From: Fimicolochytrium jonesii
Lineage: Eukaryota
Reading direction: 5' to 3'
Assembly: GCF_025526975.1 (NCBI RefSeq)
Contig: NW_026515685.1
Span: forward strand, 62,001 to 126,000
Length of the DNA: 64,000 nucleotides
The notes under the pieces are model-generated. The model ran no database searches. It worked only from the letters and a program-made list of their open reading frames with translations, and was not told where the DNA came from. The position numbers were made by a program, and so were the translations under genes. Below are positions 23,981 through 35,966 of the stretch, piece after piece (the first letter of the stretch is position 1; the number at the start of each line of letters is the position of its first letter).

Positions 23981-26040
23981 TTAACGGCGTCTGCGGTCAC
24001 ACAAGGGAAGAACAGATGAGCGGGAGTAATGACATACTACTCTGACTAAAGAGCGAAAACCCACCGATCAGAAGACTCCCTATCGCGTCTCGGACTTCTA
24101 CTCCTCCTCTCCTTCTTCACCTCCCGATCGCGGTCGCGGTCACGATCACGATCCCGTCCCCTCTCCTTTCCTTCCCGACCATAAGAAGACCCCCCCTCAC
24201 GCCCCTCGCGTCCCTCACGCTCCGAGCGATCCGACGAGCGGTGGTGGTCGCGGTCCTTGTACCCATCACGGTCCTTGTCACGGTGGGACGACGAGCGGCG
24301 GTAGTCTGAGGAGCGGCTGTCGTCGTAGTCCGGGCGGGAGGTGCGGCGGTAGTCGCTGGCGGGAGCTGCGGGGGTGGGGAGTGGGGCGCCACTGGGAATG
24401 CTGGCGTTGTTGTAGGTGCCGGGCTCGAGTTTGACGTCGGGGTGGCGGTGGGAGCGGTCTGAGTAGTCGCGATCGCCGCCTCCCCCTCCTCCATATCGAC
24501 CGCCGGAAGCACTGTATGCCAAGGAAACAGCAGTTAGTTTGAAGATCGCTCGTACAACATCACACAAGCTGCTTTCATATGCAGTTACTTACGGTCGATC
24601 ACCATAACCACCTCCACCACCGCCATAGCCACCACCACCATAACCACCACCTCCACCTCTCGGCGGGCCCCCGTATCCACCTCCATACCCGCCCCCACCG
24701 CCATACCCGCCCCGTCTCTCACCGCCACCGCCATACCCCCCACGACCCGTCGGCGGCCCACCCCTAAACCCTCCGTCAACATACCCGCCACCGCCACCTC
24801 CTCCTCCATACCCATATCCACCGCCATGCCCCTGCCCACCCGACGCCGCCATCATCGACCCGTACCCGCCCTCACGTCCACTCCACCTCTGATTCACATC
24901 CTTCCCGCCCAACCGGGTCCCTCCGAGCCCGCCACCGAGTCGACGGGGCCTCCATCCTTTAACGGTGCGCCCGCGCTCCACGTCGACGAGCACGCGGCGG
25001 TCGTTGATTTTCAGCCCGTCGCCTTCTTTGTAGGCCGCTTTCATGTCTTTCTCGCGCTCGTATTCGATGAAGGCGTAGCCGCGGGATTTCTCGGTGTCGG
25101 GGTTGTGCACGATTCGGAGCTGGGAGTGATTTGGCGAATTTCCAGGGTTTGAACGATGATGGTTGCGGCGATGGGAAAGGGTGGAGGAGAGGACAAGCTC
25201 GGTTCAATGTTTCGTTCCACTTCGGCGGACTTACCCGCTTACCATAATAAAAAGTGCAAAAACAAACGCCAAGCACGCAACCCCACCACCACAGCCCTAC
25301 ACCGAAATGAACGCCATGCAACACCGACGCGAAGAGTAACTGCGGAAAGAGCAAACGAACCAGACCAGTGCTCAAACGGCCCAAAGATCATCACAGCACA
25401 AGACTGCTCCCCAGACCGCCGGGCCCTTTCCAACAGCTTCTCGTCCCCACCGTCCTTTGTCTACAAAAATTCCTTACCGATTTGATAGGCCCAAACCTTT
25501 CAAACTCTCGTTTCAGCTCTTTTTCAGTCGTATGATAAGACTAACAACCGACGAAAGAAATACACTCAAAGAGTCAATCTTCTGCCGCATACAAGAGGCA
25601 GTGAACCCCGAGCAAAAAGAGTGTAATCAACAGAACTCACCAAACGAGCCACAAACAACGTCTTGTAAGGATCACTGGCCACATTCGGGTCTTGATCGGT
25701 ATCCCAGGTGGTTAGACCGTTATCAATAGCCTCTTTCGCTTTCTGTTCTCGTTCCGCTTTCTATCCCCAAAAGCAAAAAAAAGCTCAGCATCGGTCCCCC
25801 ATCCCCAAACAACCCCCCCCCCCACTCCCTTAAACCTACCTTCCGCTTCTTCTTCTCCGCAACACTCTCACTCGGCACATAATCCACATCATGCCCTTTG
25901 CATCTGTCCAGAAACTCCGCGATCCCAGTCAACACGGGCCCGCGGCGGTCGGCGGGGGCGCGGTCGAGCGGTTCGAGGTACGGCAAGGGTGGCCGCGGGG
26001 CGAAGAGCTTGATGAGATGGGGGGGTAGTTGGGCGGTCAT
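23981..26040 (-). CDS. SNRNP70: U1 snRNP 70 kDa protein
   Basis: [33 protein letters not shown]1 [35 protein letters not shown] and RD/RS tail; 6 exons (last exon junction less certain). Confidence 0.96.
25235..25339 (-). promoter_or_regulatory. Candidate alternative (poison) exon within U1-70K intron 3
   Basis: Internal 3' site TTTGCTCTTTCCGCAG| at 25340 and tandem 5' sites G|GTAAGC (25242) and G|GTAAGT (25234) inside the 358-nt intron 25477..25120. Confidence 0.6.
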
Positions 26041-26522
26041 AATTTACAGGCGAGGAGGGTGATCTGCGCGAGGTGCGTGGTTTGTGGGGTGGGGGTCGGA
26101 TTTTCAATGACCCTTTCCGCGTCCTGACGGGATGGTGTGTAAGCCGTAGTGAGCGGACGGGGTTGTGCTGTGGGTTGCGATCCGTAGGCCTCCCGTCGCT
26201 GATCGAGCAGTGAAGGCAGATCGTCCCGGGGTCATTTGTATCTGGTTGCAGCTGTGCCGAGGGTTAGGAGGGTTCAGTTGATCGTTGGACGGGGCCGTGA
26301 CTCACGCTTAGTCAGCAACGGCCTTTTCACACAGCTATCCCAGACGGGAAAGAAAGCACAGACAGACAGTAGGTTATGATAGGTACGAGCTTGGGATGAA
26401 TCTATGCAGCAAATGCAAACGACAGTAAAGAGTAACAATGTAGTGGGACACTCCACGGAAAAAAAAGATGGAACGAGCCAAGAGGCGAAAGTGCGATCCA
26501 CCTCCCCACCCCTTCAAATTCC

Positions 26523-28907
26523 CTACTTATCCTTCCCCGCATCCTCCTTCAACGTAACCGTCCGATTAATCACCCACTTCCCCTTCCCCACGTCCGAATC
26601 CTTATCCACACAAAAGTACCCCGTCCTAACCGCCTGGAACCGATCCTCAACCGCATACCCCCTAATCCCCACCTCCGCAATCGCCTTATCCAGCACCTGC
26701 AGACTGTCCGGGTTGATATCGCTCAACCAGCCCCCGGGCACGTCTTTCTCGGACTGCGGGTTCTCGTGCAGGAACAGGTTGTTGTAGAGCCGCACGGTGG
26801 TGGGCACGGGGGAGGAGTGGGCGGGGGAATGGGCGATCCAGTGGATGTATGTCTTTGGTTTGGTCGTCTTGACCGACGCGTCGTTCTCATACCGCGCTTT
26901 GACGGCGGTGATCTCCCCGTTGGCGTTGCGCACGACGGAGGTGGCGGTGATGGGGAAGGGCACGTTGAGCAGACCGACGGATTTGCCCGGTGTGAGGCGG
27001 TAGAAGTTCGGGTCGGGCTGCTCACGGAAATCGGAGCGGTCGATGTAGACGCGGTTGGTAAAGGGCAGTTTTCGCGTGCCCATGGCGTCGTCGCGGGGTT
27101 TGTTGGGAACGACGACCTCTTCCACGTGATCATCGGGCAGGTTCTCGATGATGATTTCCAGGGGGTCGAGGATGAGCATGAGACGGGGCGCGACGTCGTT
27201 GAGGTGTTCGCGGACGACGTTCTCGAGTCTGTCGGGGTGGATCGTGGACTGGGAGGTGGTGACGCCCAGATCGCGCACGAACGCGTTGACGGCTTCCGGC
27301 GTGAACCCCCTGCGTCTGATGGCAGCCATGGTGTACAGCCGGGGGTCGTCCCAGCCATTGACAATCTTCTCGTCCACGAGTTTCTTGAGCTTCCGCTTGG
27401 ACATGACGGTGTAAGCCAGGTTCAGGCGGCCGTACTCCCACTGCACCGGCTTGTAGATCTCGAGGGCGTCGACGAGCCAGTAGTACGATTCGCGCGAGAG
27501 GGTGAACTCGGTCGTGCACAGGGAATGCGTGATGTCTTCGAACGAATCCACTAGGCAGTGGGTGAAGTCGTAAGTGGGGTAGATACACCACTGGTCGGCG
27601 GTGCGGTGATGGGACGCCTTGAGGATGCGGTACGCGACCAGGTCCCAGAACTGCGGATTGGGGTTCTGCATGTCCATCTTCATACGCAGGAAGGCCTCGC
27701 GGGGCTCATACTTGCCCTGCTTCATTTTTTCAAACTCGTCTAGCGATTCCTGGATCGGGCGGGACCGGTGCGTGCACTCCTTGCGGGGCCCGCGTTCGTC
27801 GCCGCCTCGGTTGGCTTTGATTTCGTCGCCGGTGCAGTGGCACACATAGGCTTTGTCACGCTTGATGAGCTCCACCGCCAGCTCGTACAGTTTCTGGAAG
27901 TGATCGGATGAGTAGGTGATGGCGTGCGGCTCGTAGCCCAGCCACCGGACGGTTTCGAGGATGGAGTCAAAGTAGATCTGTTCCTCGGCTTCCGGGTTCG
28001 TGTCGTCGTACCGCAGGTTAGTTATCCCGTTGAAGGCGGCGGCGTAGCCAAAGTTGACGTTGATGGCCTTGGCGTGTCCAATGTGGAGGAAACCGTTGGG
28101 TTCGGGGGGGAACCGAGTGATAACCTTCCCACCAGTGCGTTTCAGATGCTCCTCCATCAGCTTCGGGTCAATCTGAGGGTTCTCCCCAGCCTTATGCAAC
28201 TTAGAGAGCTCTCCTTCCGTAATGAACCTCGTGCTCTTTGCCGCCTCCGCCACTCGGCTGCCAGTCCCATTAGCAGCCACCGGCGCATCCGCCACTTTCG
28301 CAGGCGCCTTGGCAGCCTTAGCACTCTTCTCCGCCGCCTTTTTCGCCTTCGGGTTATCCCGCTCATCCTTCGGCCCCAAGACCGCCAGCACCTGTCTATC
28401 CAGCTCCTCTTTGACCGCCAACGCGTTGGCCCACCTCAGACTGACACGCAAAGCGCCCAAAAGCTGGCCCGCAAGCGTGTATCTCTTCTCCTCCAAATCC
28501 TTCCTCCGGGCCTCAATCACCTTCTCCACCTCCACGGTGATCTCCGCCGGTGTCACAGTAACGCCCACCCCGCAGTCCTTATCAAACTGGGCGTCGTCGA
28601 TCTCCCCGCCGGCCTTCTCGGCATGCTTGATCCCCGCCGCGATCCGGTCGGTGGAGGTCAGCCGCCCGTCCCGGATGGCGCGGGTGAGGTATCCGATGTG
28701 CGCTGCGGCTTGAGGGGTGATAGTCGACGCGAGGTGGTAGTACAGGGCGCCGGTGGATCTGTCCACTGGCGCGGAATCGGCGCTCGTGATGCCTGCATCG
28801 GTGAGGATGGCGTGCAGGTTTGCACCGAGCTTTTTGTTGGCGGCTGTTTCTTTCGCTTTGACGTCGGAGAGCCCGATGCGGGTGAAGAGGGTTATGAGTT
28901 CGTCCAT
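26523..28907 (-). CDS. GLN4: Glutaminyl-tRNA synthetase (intronless)
   Basis: TRFPPEPNGFLHIGHAKA (HIGH), VMSKRKL, eukaryotic N-terminal appended domain, anticodon-binding beta barrels; 794 aa. Confidence 0.98.
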   Translation of the reverse strand: MDELITLFTRIGLSDVKAKETAANKKLGANLHAILTDAGITSADSAPVDRSTGALYYHLASTITPQAAAHIGYLTRAIRDGRLTSTDRIAAGIKHAEKAGGEIDDAQFDKDCGVGVTVTPAEITVEVEKVIEARRKDLEEKRYTLAGQLLGALRVSLRWANALAVKEELDRQVLAVLGPKDERDNPKAKKAAEKSAKAAKAPAKVADAPVAANGTGSRVAEAAKSTRFITEGELSKLHKAGENPQIDPKLMEEHLKRTGGKVITRFPPEPNGFLHIGHAKAINVNFGYAAAFNGITNLRYDDTNPEAEEQIYFDSILETVRWLGYEPHAITYSSDHFQKLYELAVELIKRDKAYVCHCTGDEIKANRGGDERGPRKECTHRSRPIQESLDEFEKMKQGKYEPREAFLRMKMDMQNPNPQFWDLVAYRILKASHHRTADQWCIYPTYDFTHCLVDSFEDITHSLCTTEFTLSRESYYWLVDALEIYKPVQWEYGRLNLAYTVMSKRKLKKLVDEKIVNGWDDPRLYTMAAIRRRGFTPEAVNAFVRDLGVTTSQSTIHPDRLENVVREHLNDVAPRLMLILDPLEIIIENLPDDHVEEVVVPNKPRDDAMGTRKLPFTNRVYIDRSDFREQPDPNFYRLTPGKSVGLLNVPFPITATSVVRNANGEITAVKARYENDASVKTTKPKTYIHWIAHSPAHSSPVPTTVRLYNNLFLHENPQSEKDVPGGWLSDINPDSLQVLDKAIAEVGIRGYAVEDRFQAVRTGYFCVDKDSDVGKGKWVINRTVTLKEDAGKDK

Positions 28908-31033
28908 TCTGGTGTTGGTGTTGTTGGTTATGTGACGAGGTGAGCGAGTAGTGGCAAGATTCCGAGGCCGAGTGAAGATTCCAGGGCTAGTAAGTCCAAC
29001 GAAGAGCGGATGAAGGAGCCGGGCGCTAAGCTGTGGATGAGGGCTGAGCAGCGGCGACTTGAGGCTCTTATGTACTACTGAGAGCAGACGGGAGGTGCGT
29101 TGAGCCGCCAGCGTTGCTTGTTGCGAATATGGGGAGTGATCAGGGGCAATGTCAAATGGGCTCCTTGGTGGGTTTCTGAGGAGAAGTGAGTGCTCCTAAG
29201 ATCTTGTTGGGGACAGGCGATAGGATGCATCACGTGATGAGGATGACTCGTCCAGCTCACCCATTGACGGCGCCCACCCGTCTGAACGATCTTCCTTTCC
29301 GGCACGCTCCCCCTAGGCTTCATGGAAAGGGGATTAACGATCCAGTTCTTGCACAAAAACTGCGCCGGAAATGCCTCCACGCAATTTCTATACACGCCGG
29401 ACTTGACCTGCAAACGAACAAGCAACTATTCCGGGAAAGATGAAAATAATGGGCCTTAACATCCAGTCCCAGCGAATCTAACCAGAGGGTCTTGCATATA
29501 GAGTCTATCGATGGTTTCAAAACTCTCGATTGTTGACCGTTTCTTGGACAGCCAACATGTGCACACTTGCGAAGATGTCACCTTGGATATAGAGGTGATC
29601 GACTTGTCTAGCTTCTGCCGGTCTTCTACCTCCGCGCAAAACGTAGGACTGTGCACGAAAGCAATCATCTACAAAACATCATATCGCTCGCTTGATCTTC
29701 ACAAGTGTACCAAAACACTCACTCACAATGTTGTCAGCGTGACGAAGTTTCACAAAGACATGGCCGCGCTTCCTGCGTCGGTGATGGCAAAAGTACCCTG
29801 GGGAGTCGCAAACGTGTTCCCGAATATTCAGCGGGATCGTCAGACCTTAGGCATTTCTTTCAGCGGTGATGCCCCGACATCACTCCTGGTTCCGGTGTCA
29901 GCACATGACGGTCTGAAGAAGTTCTATCTATCCCGACCGTCGCTACCCGAGCTCAGGCCCATAAGAACCCACTTTTGCCACTCATAATCAAAACACGGAT
30001 GTCGACACCATCCAGCTTCCTCACGAGATATCAGGCTCTGCGGGCGTGACTACGGAGGCCCAGCTCCTGCTGAATGTGATGAGTAGCTCGATTCGCGAGT
30101 GAAGACTTCCTTACAGTCGAACTAAGCTGGCTGATCAAGGAAACCTAGCCTTGTTTGGCTTTCGGCGAGTCGGGCTTTGTAACGATCATGGTCTACTCGC
30201 TCCGTCTACCTAGTCCGAGCCTGATCGGGCTACCTCCCTGGAGCAGGCGGTACGCTACGATTACATAACGCCTTCTGAGCCCAGGACAAACGCGGTATCC
30301 CAGACGTTGCAAAGCTGAATATACCGTCTTCATCAACACGGGGCCTGAAAGAGCGAGCCCGTATCCGGACAGACGTCGGACGAGGCCACGCGGCTTACAT
30401 AACGCGTTTTTCCTCATCCACGGGACGCGTTCTCAGGTTTTTCGCAAGCAACGCAAAAACCTCAAAAGGGGTTTGAGAAAGCCCACTCGTTCACCCCAAC
30501 GGGTTCAGTTCAATTCGGCTCACGGACCTACATGACCAACGGCGGCTGCGGTAGGTCTCTGCTTCGAATCCCGCCGACGGTCCAGTCCAGTTTCCGCAGT
30601 TCAGTTCAAGGATCGACGTACCCAGCAGCGGATGTCCGGGTTCCATGCGCATCAGCCACAGAGAGCGGAGTGTCCCCGTCCCAGCCGTCTGAGGACAGGT
30701 TTAGCGACGAGCCATCGGCGGGTGGTTGAAGAATGCGCAAACGACGAGGGCGCTTGCTTTCGGGGCGCATCCGTGGCAAAAACTGACATCAGGATCGTAC
30801 TTGGGCCAATCGAAGAGGTCCTAACCGAACCTAAGCGTGATGGGAAAATGACAGACTCACACGCTATCGATATTGGGATTACATGCAAAGTATGTGGGGG
30901 GGAAGGTGCGTGGGAAATGTCACTATTAATCTGCGTCCAGCGAACAGGAAATGCATACTACTAAAGTACATACTACGAAGGGTCCATAAATAAAATGCGG
31001 AGACGAAAAACAACGAACCGATTGTCAAGCAAA

Positions 31034-33503
31034 CTACGACTTGACCGCAACAACCTCAATCTGCTCCATCTCGGCTCCCTCCTCCGCCACCTCGGTCCCC
31101 TTCCCCTTGCGCGCCGGTTTACTATTCTCCTGGCCCCTGACGATATTCGCCAACGCCGCATACGCAATCGCAATCAACACGACCGCCATCCCCACCAAGA
31201 TCACCGCACACAGCAGGATCGACAGTCCGTTGGAGAACCCAAGGTCCGCGATGTACGACTCCCCCGCGCGGGCGGTCCCGTCCTCCTGCGGGATCTGCAG
31301 GCCCGCGTACTCGTTCTTGACAAGCCCGATGAAGGAGTACCTGATGGGGGAGAGCCACCGTATCCATCCAAAGTACGCCGGGATCGCCGAGTCGTTGATG
31401 AACAGGCCCGAGAACAGCATGAGCGGTAGCAGGAGGAGTGGCGTGACGGCGAGCGCGACGGGTAAGGAAGGGAAGATCGACGCGAGTGAGACTCCGAGCG
31501 CGAATCCGGTGAGTGAGACCATGATCACGAAGGCGCATACGATGAGGTATTTAGCCGCGTCGACCTGGAGCCCGACCATCCAGTAGATGATGGTCGCCAT
31601 GATGGTTGGGAAGACGATGATGGAGGGGAGCTCGACGCCTATTTTCGAGAAGAAGAAGGCGGGGAGGGAGTAATATCCCGATCCGTGTTCTCGGGCGAAT
31701 ACCAGTTTATCGGCCGCGAAGATGCCGAGGATGGACATGGTTGAGCCGAAGACGGCTTGGGTGGAGAGGAAGAAGAGGACTCCTACTCTGTTCTGGTTGG
31801 CGGCGTACCCGGTCTTGTCGTCGGTGTTGAGGAAGAGGAGGCCGATGATGAGGGCGAGGATGAGGGATTGACCCGCTTTGGCGCGGAGGACTAATGGATT
31901 GCGGACGGAGTTTTTGAACTCGCGTTCGAGAAGGTATTTGAATTGGGTCGAGTAGGATGTGCCGGCGGTTTGGTTCTTTTTTAACGTGACGGTGTCGGCG
32001 GGCGGGTTTTGGCGGATCTTGGCCAAATCAGCGGCTTCGGGACTGTCTTTCCAGTATTGGATTAAGCGTTTGATGCGGTCGGCGTTGCTTTCTTCTTTTT
32101 TCTCTTCGAAGGAGCCTTCTTGGTTGTTAAGAATGGCCATGAAGACATGGTCTGCGGGGTTGAAGTGCTCCGGGCAAGGGTAGCTGCGAAACGAAGGAAA
32201 GATGTTAGTTAGGTCAGGTGGTCCTGATTCAGGACCTGAGCAACTCAAGTAAACCCTCCGAAACTCACCCAAGACGGCCAAAGTAGTCCACCACCTTCGA
32301 CGTCGGACCATTATACATGACCTGACCCTCAGCGAGGAAAAGCACATCATGGAACAACGCAAAGACCTCAGACGACGGCTGATGGATGGTACACGCAATC
32401 GTGCGACCGGTGGTAGCCAGATTGCGCAGGATGCTGATGACGGAGTAAGCGGTGAACGAGTCTAAGCCGCTCGTGGGCTCGTCGAGGTAGAGAATGCGGG
32501 GTTCGGTGATGAGCTCCATTGCGATTGCCACTCGTTTTCTCTAAAAAGGAATGAGCATTCAGTGATCAGACAGGACAGTCAAGCCATCACGTCTCTCCCC
32601 AATTTACCTCTCCTCCGCTGATGCCTTTAAGGGTGGGGCTTCCAACGACAGTATGTGCGCACTTGCGCAAGTTGAGCAGATCCAACATCTCCTCCACCTT
32701 ACGTTCCTTCTCCTCTGCCGAAACGGCATCGCCCAACCGGAGTGTCGCAGACATGGCGATCGCCTCCCTCGCAGTCATAGTGGCCAGGATCACATCGTCC
32801 TGGAACACGAACCCGCTCTCCTTCCGCATGGCGCTGCCCGAGACCGGCTGCTTGTTGACCGTGACGGACCCGCTGACGCTGCCGCCGTCGGTGTGGCCGG
32901 CGAGAACGTTGAGGAGGGAGGTCTTACCGGCTCCGCTGGCGCCCATGATGGCCGTCAGGCGGCCGGGGCGGAAGACACCGCTGATGTCGTTGAGTATGCT
33001 CTTTTCTTTGGTGACGGCTTTGGAGAAGGGGTTGGATTTTTTGGCTGCTGGATCGGCGGCTTCTATGGAGTAGTTGATGTTGTGGAAACCGACTTGTACG
33101 CTGCGAAAAAGAGGGAGGTCAGTATCTCGGATATCTTCAACTAGAGACCCATCAACTATCAATCCATCAACCATCAACCATGGACGATCAGGACCTACAA
33201 GAACGACCGTTCGCTGACGCTCACATTCCCTGCTCGCTTCGCTCGCTAATAGTTGCTCCTCAATAGCGAGACTCGTTCCGCTCGTGAAGGCGTTTGCTTC
33301 CGCCGACCGCGGTACGGTCGGTCTCCCGGACTGAACCAACCCCACACCTCGCTTCACTCGCCCCAGACACCCCGCTATCACTCGCGGCAGGCAAACGCAT
33401 TCGCTCGCGGCGCAGTGCAAGCGCTCCCTCATAAGCGATACCCCACAGTGACCGCTGGCTGAACCTACCCAAGTCCGGCGACAGACGTCGAGGAAGTCGT
33501 CAT
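31034..33503 (-). CDS. ABCG (White-like) half transporter
   Basis: Walker A GASGAGKT, signature ISGGE|RKRV, Walker B LYLDEPTSGLD, TIHQPS, NPAD, C-terminal 6-TM ABC2 domain; 35-nt first exon joined by a phase-2 intron. Confidence 0.95.
33101..33468 (-). other. 368-nt intron carrying GCGAGC-GAA-GCGAGC and related hairpins plus a (GATGGTT)-like tract
   Basis: Sense: perfect GCGAGC-GAA-GCGAGC (33246..33232), ACGAGC-GGA-ACGAGT (33285..33271), GCGAGT-GAA-GCGAG (33361..33348), CCGACCG/CGGTCGG stem (33303-33321). Confidence 0.8.
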
Positions 33504-35966
33504 GTTTGTACTAAGTCTTTCTCGTTGCGGTGTCAAAAATAGCGTGTGCGGAGTTTGGCGGGTGATAATTGAGGTTTTGCTCGTACAATGACAATGACAA
33601 GGCCGAGTGTAAGTACGACTACTGGTGAAGACAGGACGCTTTTATGGTACGCCGGTTCGCAAGGGAAGAGTGCGTTGGTTTCAGCGACGACGACCTCCTG
33701 TTTTTATGGTCGAAGGGCAATAAGGCTTGCCAGTGGGGCCCGTCAGTTCGGAGCCCCGAAGGAAAGCAACTTTCTCCTCATGCAGATCGGCCACGCGTGT
33801 TTACTGATAGTTTGTCGATCTCTCTTACTCGGAGCCCCGCCCCACTCCGATCTGCTAAGTGCTTGCTCTCCGCATGTTGCGATATTGCGTGGACGACGAT
33901 GTGGGGGTGCGCTCAAATTCAAATGCATTGGGAGCGACGGAAACTTGCCACATCAAACAACTTGAAAATGTCGGAGCTCCAGCACTGTCTCTTCGAGTTC
34001 ATACCCCTCCGAGACCCTCCGATTCCCCCCCACAGGCCTTCCTCTGGTCGCCAAGAGACATATGTACGTAACTTGTGGAAGCTTGTCCACCACCGTTGCT
34101 CCTTTCCGGGACTCCGGGAGACGGACAACAGCGTCAGAGGGAAAAAAAGCATACATACACGAATTCCGAGAAGCAGGATCTCCAGCTCCGAGAACTTGAA
34201 GTGATGTCGACAGGCGCGTGTCCGATCGGCGATCTGATTGATTGATGTCCGAGAAAGAAAACCACCTCCGAAACCGGAATTCGGACAATGCACATTGAGC
34301 AAACCACTCGGAGCACTCAAATAAACTCATCACGTGCACAATCGTCACGCACAGCACGTTTTAATCATGACTTTTCGCCCCACAAAGCGCCATGCCCATC
34401 TTAAACCAACGGAGTCGTTGGAAGGAAAACCTCAACTCCCTTTGCCGCAAGTGCGTCGCCAGGGGGTGTCGTCTTTCCACTTCACGATTTATTGCACCCC
34501 CAAAAAGCAGAACAAGCAGCTGGGGGAGCCTCCGGTTTCTCGCGGTCATGTCTTCAAGGATCCGCCCACCATCCGATATGGAGACGTACCCGCAGTTCCT
34601 CCTTCGAGTACCGTATTGGGCTTGCAGACTGATGCCACGTGCCCTGGTCTGATGGGCTTTGGCAGATCACGGGCGGGGGTTTATATGAGCCAGAGCCTTA
34701 GTCACTCCTGAAGTGAGCGGTGTGAAGTCGAGGATACATACAAGGTGTCGCGAACGACGTCCGAAAGGATGAAAAACATCATGGGATTCCATGACGTACG
34801 ACTTCAGCGGAGGAGAACCACCTGCTATGGAGATCATCGGCATGGAGGTTGCGTTCATCTTGGTTATCGCGAACATGTCTGAACCGTCGACCTCCAGCTG
34901 CATTCTCGCTTCAAAGGCGTTGGGTCGACGCAGTCCATCCAATAGCGGCGAAGGACAGACTGGTGTTCGTACCGGCGTCCTTGCAATTACCTTGCCTGGA
35001 CTTGAGCTTACGCGAAAGAGGCGCACGCCCCAATGAAGCTCGGGCAACTTTGTCGAGCGCATCAGATTTCACGTCTATTCATAAATTGCATATCGATAGA
35101 CATCGCCAGGCGAGGCGACAACGGGGCTGGGCGGCAGTGTTTCAAGCCGCGATAGGGAACAATGGGTTACACGGTGAACCGGGTATTAACCTGCTTAAGA
35201 CCCACATCAAACCTCGGGTGCCAGTCGCGACACCGTAGCGAAGTGGGGAGACCAGTACAAATCCCCAACAGCATGCTGGCGAACTGCGATTTTACCGGTC
35301 TTACTTTGGCGTAAACTGCACTGGATCTTCATACTATACGACCTTGGAAACGTACGTTCATGTCGGCAAGAAAGGAAGGGCGACGCGAGCGTTGGTGGAC
35401 GTGCAGATGTGCGTAGTCGAAGTGCGCGCGTTGTCCGGTTATTATCTAAAGGTAGATGGTGTTCTGCCACCATGCCGAGCATATCACCGTACATACGTAA
35501 GGTTGCAGCGACATCCGCTATCAGGCCGATGCATCGGGGACCTGGCCACCCTTTTCGAGCTGCCGACAATCCAGCTTCGTTCGAGACCCGCTTTCGTTCG
35601 AGCATTATCCGGATCTTGTGCGATTACCTAGTTCTAAATCAATAACAGAACAACAACACCTGCTACTGTACTGTACATACGTCCCCTTGCTCTGCCAGAC
35701 CGGAGATAACGTTGCCTTCACTTCAGCTCATGCTCCGAATCTGGCCGACTCCGACGGCTGACGAAAGCCTCCAACAGTTTCGGAGCAGGCATTTTTTGCG
35801 TGGTGAAGTTTTTGGGTTTGACCGGTTTTGGGGGATCGGCGATGATGCGACGCGTCTCGCGTTTGGTGGCTGACTAAGCAGACATCATGACAGGCAGATG
35901 ACTGCTTTCCTTCGTACGCCAAAATGAGGTGATGCTGGCACCATTTTCGAGCGCCATTTATAAAAC

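Noticed and set aside
25385..25400. GTGATGA (box C-like) in the U1-70K intron, suggesting an intronic snoRNA
   Set aside because: No downstream CTGA box D or terminal stem found.
29186..30420. Fragments resembling an F-box start (LNDLP) and a transposase HTH (TVYSALQRLGY)
   Set aside because: Too short and broken to support any assignment.
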